64,000 nucleotides of DNA, from IMG/VR virus record IMGVR_UViG_3300043446_000617, positions 4,219 to 68,218 of that record, one strand, 5' to 3'. The notes below the pieces were generated by a model. That model was not told the DNA's origin. It ran no database searches and was given only the letters and a program-made list of their open reading frames with translations. Positions 1-7,727 of the stretch are shown one piece after another (position 1 is the stretch's first letter; every line of letters begins with the position of its first letter). This DNA comes from a virus. A program made the translations under genes and the position numbers.

Positions 1-759
1 TGGAGAACAGTCTGTGCCGTCGAATGGGAACCCTATCCCGCAAGCGTATTGTGCGCCAGACAAAATGACGGCCTTCTCCCGCCTTTCCCGATTTGGGATG
101 ATGTACAAACCTTTGACGGAAGACCTTGGAGAGGCATTGTTGATGTCGTATCGGGCGGGTTTCCATGCCAAGACATCTCAGCCGCAGGAAAAGGGGCAGG
201 AATCGATGGAGAGCGGTCTGGAATGTGGGGAGAAATGGCGAGGATCATTCGTGAAGTACGACCCAGATACGTCTTCGTGGAAAACTCACCAATGCTCACT
301 TCTAGGGGGCTTGGACGAGTTCTCGGGGACTTGGCCTCAATGGGGTTTAATGCGAGATGGGGAGTGTTGGGAGCAGCTGACGTTGGAGCGCCACATCAGA
401 GGGATAGGATTTGGATTGTCGCCAAATGGCCTGGACACCTTCCACACGCCCAACACGACAGGATTGGACGGTGGGAGCAACAGCAGGAAAGCCTTAAAAA
501 AGAGGCAAGAAAAATGGCCCACGCCCGTATGTCAAGACTCTCGCCATGCAATCAGCCGACACCTAGACCCGAACAACACGTACTGGAAGAGCAATCTTGG
601 GGAAGTTGTAATGAGTTTAGAGCCAACCCCGAATGGCCGTCTGAACCCAACGTGGGTCGAGTGGTTGATGGGATGGCCTCAAGAGTGGACAGACTTAAAG
701 CCATTGGTAATGGACAAGTCCCATTGTGTGCAGCTACCGCATGGAGAATCTTGAAATGA
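1..759 (+). CDS. C5-cytosine DNA methyltransferase, alpha (catalytic) chain, 5'-truncated by window edge
   Basis: Motifs GGFPCQ (IV), VENSP (VI), HQRDRIW (VIII), GNGQVP (X); frame open from base 1; homologue at 32647. Confidence 0.9.
   Translation, partial: WRTVCAVEWEPYPASVLCARQNDGLLPPFPIWDDVQTFDGRPWRGIVDVVSGGFPCQDISAAGKGAGIDGERSGMWGEMARIIREVRPRYVFVENSPMLTSRGLGRVLGDLASMGFNARWGVLGAADVGAPHQRDRIWIVAKWPGHLPHAQHDRIGRWEQQQESLKKEARKMAHARMSRLSPCNQPTPRPEQHVLEEQSWGSCNEFRANPEWPSEPNVGRVVDGMASRVDRLKAIGNGQVPLCAATAWRILK
2..754 (+). CDS. Overlapping alternative-frame MTase beta chain (motif IX-like), 5'-truncated
   Basis: Frame open across the whole alpha gene; LNPTWVEWLMGWP motif; conserved in homologue 32651-33643. 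Confidence 0.75.
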   Translation, partial: GEQSVPSNGNPIPQAYCAPDKMTAFSRLSRFGMMYKPLTEDLGEALLMSYRAGFHAKTSQPQEKGQESMESGLECGEKWRGSFVKYDPDTSSWKTHQCSLLGGLDEFSGTWPQWGLMRDGECWEQLTLERHIRGIGFGLSPNGLDTFHTPNTTGLDGGSNSRKALKKRQEKWPTPVCQDSRHAISRHLDPNNTYWKSNLGEVVMSLEPTPNGRLNPTWVEWLMGWPQEWTDLKPLVMDKSHCVQLPHGES

Positions 760-1184
760 CAATGATGATAACTTTTAAAGTAGATGGCGACCCTGTTGGC
801 AAACAAAGAGCAAGGTATGCCAAACGTGGAAACTTTGTCCAAACTTACACCCCTGACAAAACCCGCAACTATGAGTCTTCAATCAAAGAAGCGGCTATTG
901 AAGCAATGGGAAGCTCGGAATGTTTAGAAACCCCTGTAAACCTGTATTTGTACATCAGAGCACCAATCCCTAAGTCATTGCCTAAAAAGCGCCTAGAAGC
1001 CTGTTTAAACGGCTCTGAGAAGCCAATTAAGAAGCCTGATGCATCTAATGTGCTGAAAAGCGTAGAAGATGCCATGAATGGAGTGGTTTACAAGGATGAT
1101 TCTCAAATTGTGAATATCCACGTTACGAAGGTTTACAGCTCCCAATCTGGGATCGATGTGTGCGTCAAAGAATGTCTGGACTAA
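756..1184 (+). CDS. rusA: RusA-family Holliday junction resolvase
   Basis: G.PVGKQRAR, KKPD..N, DD.QIV motifs; ATG overlaps MTase stop (ATGA). Confidence 0.85.
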   Translation: MTMMITFKVDGDPVGKQRARYAKRGNFVQTYTPDKTRNYESSIKEAAIEAMGSSECLETPVNLYLYIRAPIPKSLPKKRLEACLNGSEKPIKKPDASNVLKSVEDAMNGVVYKDDSQIVNIHVTKVYSSQSGIDVCVKECLD

Positions 1185-1225
1185 GGGTTTGTCCTAGTAC
1201 AAAAAGAAAAAAACAAGAGTAAATT
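1182..1225 (+). promoter_or_regulatory. Putative promoter: TAAGGGTTTGTCCTA, 23 nt, TAAATT (-10)
   Basis: Same architecture at 34910, 4831, 31285, 38299 and 39070. Confidence 0.65.
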
Positions 1226-1249
1226 AACAGTTTTTAACAGGAGTGAATC

Positions 1250-1483
1250 ATGAATACATGGGAATTTGACACAACAACAGGTGCAGGCAGCGAGATTGTT
1301 ACTGTCGTTTATGAGTATGAAAACGATGGAGAAACAACCTATAACGAGTCAATCAAGGAAATTTGGTTCAATGGTCGTGATGTCATCGGGTTACTGTCTG
1401 ATGAGCAGTTCAAAGAGCTAGACATGGAGGCGGCTATGCGATTTCAGCACCACAAACTGAACTACAAGATGGAGGACGTATGA
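1250..1483 (+). CDS. Acidic hypothetical phage protein
   Basis: Strong RBS AACAGGAG; homologue at 34978. Confidence 0.8.
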   Translation: MNTWEFDTTTGAGSEIVTVVYEYENDGETTYNESIKEIWFNGRDVIGLLSDEQFKELDMEAAMRFQHHKLNYKMEDV

Positions 1484-1776
1484 GCTTAGAGAGAACTATT
1501 GCAGAACAACAAAAACGCATTGATGACTTAATGGAGGGCAATAAAAAGCTTATTGAGAGGTCAGCAAGGGTGTTTAAACAGAATGAAGAGCTTTTCGAGG
1601 CTTGGGCAAGGCTCTGGGATGCTGATTTGCCAACAGATAAGGATAAAGAAGAGGGTACAAGTCGATTCAAGCATTACCACCATTTGAGACATGAAGTCCG
1701 TATGCAAATGATTGAAGCTGGCTATTGCGTGACTTGCTATAACTTTATTTGTGAGTGTGAAGATCAATATGACTAA
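1480..1776 (+). CDS. Hypothetical protein, coiled coil plus C-terminal Cys cluster (first unit only)
   Basis: ATGA-coupled; CVTC..ICEC tail. Confidence 0.65.
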   Translation: MSLERTIAEQQKRIDDLMEGNKKLIERSARVFKQNEELFEAWARLWDADLPTDKDKEEGTSRFKHYHHLRHEVRMQMIEAGYCVTCYNFICECEDQYD

Positions 1777-1945
1777 AGATGAAATACTCGATGCAATAGA
1801 GATGCACTTGGAAAACAAAAGACCTTGGAGAGGGCTAACCGAGCAAGAGCATATGCAACTAGCCGAGGATTGGGGTTGCCTAAGTGCTGATTGGGTTTTC
1901 TACGCTGGCGCAATAGAACGTAAGTTAAAAGAGAAAAATGCGTAA
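1769..1945 (+). CDS. Hypothetical phage protein (W.GLT.EE-type module)
   Basis: PWRGLTEQE...AIERKLKEKN pattern; overlaps neighbours. Confidence 0.65.
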   Translation: MTKDEILDAIEMHLENKRPWRGLTEQEHMQLAEDWGCLSADWVFYAGAIERKLKEKNA

Positions 1946-2396
1946 ACAAGTTAAACGCAAGGTATGGGCGTTGCTCAATCCATTGAAACACGCTATCGAG
2001 GGTGCTTGCATTACCGACAGAGACAAACTAGACAAACTCAGGGTAATGGAATACTCAGCCCTAGAAGCGATAACTAAAGGCATGGGAACAATTCAGGATT
2101 GGAATACGTTAACCGAGGTCTTAAACCTAAGCGAAACGATGGCAAGGGCTGGAGTAGGGCCAGAAGTGCTACCAGTATGCGAAAAGGCTCAAAAAGCACT
2201 CTATGAGTCAGCACTTAGATTCAAGAAAACAGGAAAATTCGGTTTAACTGGAGAGGGTATTCAATCGGTGCGTGAGTTGATCCAATACGCTGACTTGCAA
2301 CAATCAAGTATTTCTAGGTCTGAATTTGAAAGATATATTCAGAAAACTAGAGATTATCTAAAATCAAATAATAATAATGTGGTGGAGATAATATGA
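1938..2396 (+). CDS. Conserved hypothetical phage protein
   Basis: Homologue at 35214. Confidence 0.8.
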   Translation: MRKQVKRKVWALLNPLKHAIEGACITDRDKLDKLRVMEYSALEAITKGMGTIQDWNTLTEVLNLSETMARAGVGPEVLPVCEKAQKALYESALRFKKTGKFGLTGEGIQSVRELIQYADLQQSSISRSEFERYIQKTRDYLKSNNNNVVEII

Positions 2397-2575
2397 ATAA
2401 TGAAGATATTATTAAATTGGCAATAGAAAATACTATTCATGGCCTAAAGTTTGATGAAGAAGGTCTTATTCGCTTTGCAAAACTGATAGCAGAGCATGAG
2501 CGTAACGAAATAATTGAAATTTTGGACGCTTCAACTGGTTATGTTCACATGGATGCCATAAGGGAAAGAACATGA
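2393..2575 (+). CDS. Hypothetical protein
   Basis: RBS GGAG; ATGA overlaps at both ends. Confidence 0.65.
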   Translation: MNNEDIIKLAIENTIHGLKFDEEGLIRFAKLIAEHERNEIIEILDASTGYVHMDAIRERT

Positions 2576-2895
2576 ACGAACCAACTAAAGCCATTCAATA
2601 CATCATAGATACAGCGCCACTTTATGCCAAAGCCAAGGCCGACCGCATCTACTTGGAAGAGTTCAGGAAATCAAGAAAAGCTCAACTCATGGCAAACTCA
2701 AGGTTAGAGGCACTTGGAAAACAAGAAGCCTACGCCTATGCCCATTCAGAATATATCGAGATTTTGGAGGGTATAAGGCAAGCCGTAGAAATCGAGGAAA
2801 AATACCGATGGCTGATGACTGCAGCGCAGGCACGAATTGAATGCTGGAGAACTGAGCAATACTCAGCCAGAATTGAGATGAAAGCCACCACTTGA
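2572..2895 (+). CDS. Conserved helical phage protein
   Basis: Homologue at 35675. Confidence 0.8.
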   Translation: MNEPTKAIQYIIDTAPLYAKAKADRIYLEEFRKSRKAQLMANSRLEALGKQEAYAYAHSEYIEILEGIRQAVEIEEKYRWLMTAAQARIECWRTEQYSARIEMKATT

Positions 2896-3182
2896 ACAAC
2901 AAACTAAACACAAGGGAACGGCTACACCTTGCAAGGGTTAAGAGCTTGTCATGCTCAGTATGCGAAGCACCACCACCAAGCGAAGCGCATCATTTTAAAC
3001 AAGGGTTACAGTACACTTGCATAGCCCTCTGTGTTGATTGCCACCGAAACCCAGTTCTAGGCTGGCATGGGCAAAAACGTGCATGGGCTATCCATAAGAT
3101 GGATGAAATAGACGCTCTGAACGAAACTATCCGCAAATTGTGCGAGGAAATGCCCTCAAAAAGCGATAAAAGCCCGTTCTAG
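2892..3182 (+). CDS. Zn-binding HNH-like nuclease (DUF968/Ref-like)
   Basis: CSVC..EAHH..LCVDCH; homologue at 35998. Confidence 0.65.
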   Translation: MNNKLNTRERLHLARVKSLSCSVCEAPPPSEAHHFKQGLQYTCIALCVDCHRNPVLGWHGQKRAWAIHKMDEIDALNETIRKLCEEMPSKSDKSPF

Positions 3183-3253
3183 GCGTTTTTCTATGCTTGG
3201 ATGATGTAGCACTAGTAAAATGAAAATAATCGCTTAAATCGCTGATTTTAGAC

Positions 3254-3280
3254 AAAAGAAAACCCGCACAATGGCGGGTT
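3254..3280 (-). terminator. Intrinsic terminator of the leftward early operon
   Basis: AACCCGC-loop-GCGGGTT plus U tract on minus strand; compensatory change in the copy at 36378. Confidence 0.75.
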
Positions 3281-3298
3281 AAGTTAGTGGTTACTTGC

Positions 3299-3352
3299 TT
3301 ATTTTCTTTTGGTTAGTATTTGCAACAGTAGTGCCAGGGTAGCGTAAATCAT
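3299..3352 (-). CDS. 17-aa hydrophobic micropeptide MIYATLALLLQILTKRK
   Basis: Hand-translated; coupled to upstream stop; homologue at 36408-36458. Confidence 0.65.
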   Translation of the reverse strand: MIYATLALLLQILTKRK

Positions 3353-3525
3353 CAGTAACCCATGCTGTAATCTTCTAATGAAGTAACTAGGCCATCAAAA
3401 TCTTCACTTGGCCCAAGTAAATCAGCCATGGCATGGACAATCGACAATTCAATCCCTAAATTGTCGGCCAGATCTGCTAAATATTCTGAGCGATTAGAAA
3501 ATCCGTTTTCTTTATAAATTGACAT
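3352..3525 (-). CDS. Small acidic early protein
   Basis: Start motif ATAGGTGTTAATTATG. Confidence 0.7.
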   Translation of the reverse strand: MSIYKENGFSNRSEYLADLADNLGIELSIVHAMADLLGPSEDFDGLVTSLEDYSMGY

Positions 3526-3619
3526 AATTAACACCTATAAACCCTGTAAGACACAGGCAAGCCCCTACACACAATGCACAGGCCATAAGCCCCTAATTTA
3601 AGGGCTTACAGTTTATGCA

Positions 3620-3883
3620 TTAAATAGTACAGCAGCCGCAACATGGCGCATCAATACAGCGCCCTGATTTATTTCTGTAGTATTCGTGGCCACCGATACT
3701 AAACACATCGGAAACCCGTTTTTTTTGGCCTAAATAAGCCCCTGAATCAAAATTACAATCCCCTGGCTCACACAAAAAAGCTTGTTTTGTAGCTGTATCG
3801 TAGGTAATTTGATCCCCTGGCATGATAGGCGCACCAGATAGAACGCATCGGCCCTTATATTTTGCAATCATTGTTTTAAGCAT
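3620..3883 (-). CDS. Cys-rich early protein (RCIDAPCCGCC tail)
   Basis: RBS AGGGGTG before ATG 3883; overlaps upstream gene. Confidence 0.7.
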   Translation of the reverse strand: MLKTMIAKYKGRCVLSGAPIMPGDQITYDTATKQAFLCEPGDCNFDSGAYLGQKKRVSDVFSIGGHEYYRNKSGRCIDAPCCGCCTI

Positions 3884-4634
3884 AATGAACACCCCTAATT
3901 TGAACAAAGCCGCCATTGTCTTTTTTTGCTTTCCCTTTTGCATATAAAGCCACAACTACAGCTTTGGGTTCTATGTGGCGCACATCGGTATTGTCCCCGT
4001 CAATTACACGCCAGCCACGAAAATTATTAGGGATATCGCTCTGTTTTTGGAAAACTACAGCTGTTCGGGCATTGTTCGGGTTAGTCAATCCTTTAATGCT
4101 TATCGGTTTTGGGGTAATGGCTGAAAAACTATAGGTAAGATCATAATTACCCGCTGTTTTTCCATCTAATTTACGTGAGGGATGCTTCGTGTAGTCATAA
4201 AATTGCACATCTGGGAACAATTGAAAAATTGTTTTTCCATCATGCACGATAATATTTTCAAAAGCTATATCGCTTGTACCATTAGGGCGCACCAAAGGGG
4301 TTAAACCGATTCGCTTTGCTTTATTTGCAAGTGACCACACGTCAGCGCACAATGAAAGCATGAAAGCTTCCCGATTATTGTAAAAAAACTGTGTTTTTGC
4401 TTCCCTGGCTTTTTGTACGCTATTAAATGCTCCACGTCCAGCGCTCTTGAGACAGCCATAAAAGCAGCCAGCAAGCTTTGCTAAAGGGCAAATGATTTCA
4501 TCGGGTACAAGGTAGACGATACCCGTTAAATAACCGATCTTTTCGCCCTTAACTGTCTTTGCTGATGACTCCCCTAGAATTGTCTTATAGGGTAGACCAC
4601 GTGCAGCCAGGATTGTTTTGTAAGGATTTTTCAT
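3876..4634 (-). CDS. Gp88-like phage protein with Cys triad (possible Fe-S)
   Basis: CP..x..GC..GCL..AGRG, RPNGTSD and FYDYTK motifs; family recalled, not searched. Confidence 0.6.
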   Translation of the reverse strand: MKNPYKTILAARGLPYKTILGESSAKTVKGEKIGYLTGIVYLVPDEIICPLAKLAGCFYGCLKSAGRGAFNSVQKAREAKTQFFYNNREAFMLSLCADVWSLANKAKRIGLTPLVRPNGTSDIAFENIIVHDGKTIFQLFPDVQFYDYTKHPSRKLDGKTAGNYDLTYSFSAITPKPISIKGLTNPNNARTAVVFQKQSDIPNNFRGWRVIDGDNTDVRHIEPKAVVVALYAKGKAKKDNGGFVQIRGVHYA

Positions 4635-4660
4635 TGTTCACACCTATCAGTAAAAGAAAA

Positions 4661-4756
4661 TTATTTAACCAAAACATCAAAATAAGCCAGTAGACCTATG
4701 CAAAGCATTAGACCGATCACAATGGCTGCAAAGATATCTAGAAGAGTGTTTTTCAT
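4661..4756 (-). CDS. 31-aa single-pass membrane peptide
   Basis: MKNTLLDIFAAIVIGLMLCIGLLAYFDVLVK; start motif AATAGGCGTCAACATG; homologue at 38332. Confidence 0.75.
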   Translation of the reverse strand: MKNTLLDIFAAIVIGLMLCIGLLAYFDVLVK

Positions 4757-4802
4757 GTTGACGCCTATTAAATTGCACTAGTTCCGCTAGTTCGGTATGT
4801 AT

Positions 4803-4846
4803 AGAGTACCAAAGAAAAAAGAAAAAAACATAGGGATAAACCCTTA
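4803..4846 (-). promoter_or_regulatory. Putative early promoter: TAAGGGTTTATCCCTA, 22 nt, TACTCT
   Basis: Recurrent motif and spacing. Confidence 0.6.
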
Positions 4847-4891
4847 GATGATAGAATTATTTTAAATTATTTATTGGATAAGGTTCGGACA

Positions 4892-5116
4892 ATGCCAAGG
4901 CCCCCAAAATCTGACACAGTTCAATTCCGACGGAAACTAGACAACCCCAAGCTTCAGATACTTTTAGCTGCTGGACAAGGGAATATCTCTCAAGGGTTCG
5001 AGAACGTTCTAGCCCTTTACCAGTACGCCCACAGTAAAGGATACAGAACCGATACGCCATTGGAAAGCATTGAGATAGTTACGAACCTCGCGGAAAGAAA
5101 CAGGCAGCCCCAATGA
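4892..5116 (+). CDS. Small putative DNA-binding regulator (RHH-like)
   Basis: Basic N-terminus, GQGNISQG helix motif; divergent from early operon; homologue at 39129. Confidence 0.55.
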   Translation: MPRPPKSDTVQFRRKLDNPKLQILLAAGQGNISQGFENVLALYQYAHSKGYRTDTPLESIEIVTNLAERNRQPQ

Positions 5117-5226
5117 AGAGCATCTAGTAACGGATAGTGTAAGGATAGATAGAGAGAACGATAAGGGTTAGACAATGGCAAACAGTAACTCAAGTACCCT
5201 AGAAAAGCACCCGCAAAGACTCTCTC

Positions 5227-5396
5227 ACTTAACATAACAACTTAACATAATATTGCTTGAGTGTTGTAGAAATGTCACAAGGGTAAACCCTCATGTATGC
5301 CTGGACAGTACTGGACGGATCGACAGTAGGGTAAACGAGAAGTATGGGGGGGAGGGGGTAGTCGGTGGCTTAGGATATTTGTGGTACACCACCCCC
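5227..5396. promoter_or_regulatory. Cluster of protein-binding-like sites upstream of terS
   Basis: ACTTAACATAA x2, TGT-N12-ACA, AGGGTAAACCCT, TACTG-N10-CAGTA, G-rich tract. Confidence 0.55.
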
Positions 5397-5427
5397 ACAG
5401 TAAAAAGCAAAACCAAAAGGAGTACAA

Positions 5428-5799
5428 ATGGAAACGACTCTCAAACGAGGAAGAGGAAGACCTAAAGGGTCTGTGAAGATGACGATACAGAGGTTTGCTG
5501 ATAACCCGCCTGCTGTATTGCCTAAGACTGACCACCAGAGGCTCAAGGAGTTGAAGGAGTTGATGATTAGGAGTGGAGGTAAGGATGTTGCTCAGAAGGT
5601 GATAGAGATAGCTCTGAATGATGACCATCCACACCAATTGGTTGCTCTCAAGATGTGCTTAGACAGGACATTACCTATTTCTATGTTTGAGAAGGATAAG
5701 AGTCAGAGGAGTGCTGTAACAATTAACATTACAGGACTTGGTGAGCCTACTGTGATTGATACTAACCCTGCAGAAGATGTAGAGGCTAAATATGGTTAA
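5428..5799 (+). CDS. terS: Terminase small subunit
   Basis: GRGRPKGS N-terminus; position before terL; RBS AAGGAG. Confidence 0.7.
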   Translation: METTLKRGRGRPKGSVKMTIQRFADNPPAVLPKTDHQRLKELKELMIRSGGKDVAQKVIEIALNDDHPHQLVALKMCLDRTLPISMFEKDKSQRSAVTINITGLGEPTVIDTNPAEDVEAKYG

Positions 5800-5968
5800 T
5801 TGGATTCTTACTGTGAACAGGCCTGAATACTTAGAAAACAAGTCTTTGTTAGTTCCGAAAGACAAGATTGTTGAGTTGTTAACAGGAATACTTGAAAACC
5901 AAGCAGATTGGCGTGAAGGCGACACTATTACGATAGAGCCTTCGAATATGGAGTACTTTGATGGCTGA
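5792..5968 (+). CDS. 58-aa hypothetical protein inserted between terS and terL
   Basis: Hand-translated MVNWILTVNR...MEYFDG; absent from second unit. Confidence 0.6.
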   Translation: MVNWILTVNRPEYLENKSLLVPKDKIVELLTGILENQADWREGDTITIEPSNMEYFDG

Positions 5969-7220
5969 CCTTAATTTCTCTCTACTACCCTGGCAACAAG
6001 AAGTCTTCAAGGATTCCACGAGGTTTAAGGTTGTGGCTGCTGGTCGTAGGTGCGGTAAGTCTAGGATGGCTGCAGTAACGCTCTTGATTGAGGGTTTAAA
6101 GTGTCCACAAGGCTCTGCTGTGCTTTATGTGTCACCTACTATGGGACAATCTAGACAGATTATCTGGGACTTGCTGTTAGACCTTGGAAGAGAAGTAATC
6201 CAGAGCAGTCATGTAAACAACTTGGATATCACTCTGATAAATGGAGCAAGAATCTATGTTCGTGGTGCTGACAGACCTGATACCCTCCGTGGTGTGTCTT
6301 TAACTTATGCCGTACTGGACGAGGTAGCAGACATTAAGCCTGAAGCATGGGAACAGGTTATCCGAGCCTCTTTGTCTGATAAACGAGGAAGAGCTTTGTT
6401 TATTGGGACTCCTAAAGGACGTAATTGGTTCTACGACACCTTTAAACTAGGTGAGAGTGAGGATGATCCTGATTGGAAGTCCTGGCACTTCACCACTGCA
6501 GATAACCCTTTGATTGACCAAAAAGAGATTGAATCTGCCAAGAAAACGCTTAGTTCATTTGCTTTTAAACAAGAGTACATGGCGAGCTTTACCAATGCGG
6601 GTTCTAACATCTTCAAAGAAGAATGGATTAAATATGGGGTTGAGCCTCAATATGGAAGCTATTACATCGCTGTTGACCTAGCAGGATTTGAAGAGGTTGC
6701 CAAACAAGCGGCTAACTCTAAGAAGCGTTTGGATGAGTCTGCTATCTCAATAGTGAAGGTTACTGACGATGGTAAATGGTTTGTCCAGAAGATTGAACAT
6801 GGAAGATGGGATATTCGGGAGACTGCCGCCAAGATTTTGATTGCTATTAGGGACTACAGACCTTTGGCAGTAGGGATAGAGCGGGGGGCGCTAAAGAACG
6901 CTGTTTTACCCTACTTGAGTGACCTTATGCGAAAAAACAACACCTTTGCTCATATCGTGGATTTGACGCATGGAAATAGAAAAAAAGCTGACAGGATAAT
7001 CTGGGCTTTACAAGGTAGGTTCGAGCATGGCAGAATTGTGTTAAATTCGGAAGAAGATTGGGATGAGTTTGTCGACCAATTGATTCTTTTTCCTGCTCAA
7101 GGGGTTCACGATGATCTTCCTGACTCTCTGAGCTACATTGACCAACTGGCTGTTACATCGTATATGGAAGACGATGACAGTGAGGATTGGGAGCCGATTG
7201 ACGTTATTAGTGGTGTTTGA
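5961..7220 (+). CDS. terL: Terminase large subunit
   Basis: Walker A AGRRCGKS, Walker B VLDE, GTPKG, nuclease HDDLPD. Confidence 0.95.
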   Translation: MADLNFSLLPWQQEVFKDSTRFKVVAAGRRCGKSRMAAVTLLIEGLKCPQGSAVLYVSPTMGQSRQIIWDLLLDLGREVIQSSHVNNLDITLINGARIYVRGADRPDTLRGVSLTYAVLDEVADIKPEAWEQVIRASLSDKRGRALFIGTPKGRNWFYDTFKLGESEDDPDWKSWHFTTADNPLIDQKEIESAKKTLSSFAFKQEYMASFTNAGSNIFKEEWIKYGVEPQYGSYYIAVDLAGFEEVAKQAANSKKRLDESAISIVKVTDDGKWFVQKIEHGRWDIRETAAKILIAIRDYRPLAVGIERGALKNAVLPYLSDLMRKNNTFAHIVDLTHGNRKKADRIIWALQGRFEHGRIVLNSEEDWDEFVDQLILFPAQGVHDDLPDSLSYIDQLAVTSYMEDDDSEDWEPIDVISGV

Positions 7221-7221
7221 T

Positions 7222-7725
7222 GTGAAAAAATGCTCTAAGTGCCAAATTTCCAAGCCTTTATCCGACTTTCATAAACATAAGTCAAATAAAGATGGCTTGC
7301 AATTTCAATGCAAAACCTGCCGAGTTGAGGGTTGCGCTAAGTACTTTCAAAGTATTTCTGATGAAAAAAAAGAAGAGCGTCAAGCAAAAACACGAATTTG
7401 GCGTGAAAAAAATAGAAGCCTTACCAGATCATACGCAACTGAATACAAACTTAAACATCGACCAACATATACTGCCAATCAAATAAAACGACACGCAGGT
7501 AAAAAGAATCGAACACCACACTGGCTTACAGATTTTGATTTGTTGAGAATAAATTGTTACTATCAATTAGCGGCTATGCGTTCACGAGAAAGTGGCGAAA
7601 AATGGCACGTTGATCATATAATTCCATTACATGGGAAAATTGTTAGTGGTCTTCATGTTCCTAACAACCTAAGAGTAATTACCGCTACTGAAAATGAGCG
7701 AAAAAGAAACTACTATGAGGTTTGA
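7222..7725 (+). mobile_element. Free-standing HNH homing endonuclease
   Basis: CSKC/CKTC zinc finger, HVDHIIPL..GLHVPNNL..N; absent from second unit. Confidence 0.85.
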
Positions 7726-7727
7726 AT

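Noticed and set aside
3183-3253. Structured element between the convergent operons (also 36300-36375)
   Set aside because: Hairpins can be drawn in both units but do not align convincingly; too little support.
5227-5267. Complete dif site for XerCD integration
   Set aside because: Only XerD-like arms; sequence across the 6-bp spacer (TTGAGTGTTGT) is a poor XerC arm, and the sibling unit lacks it.
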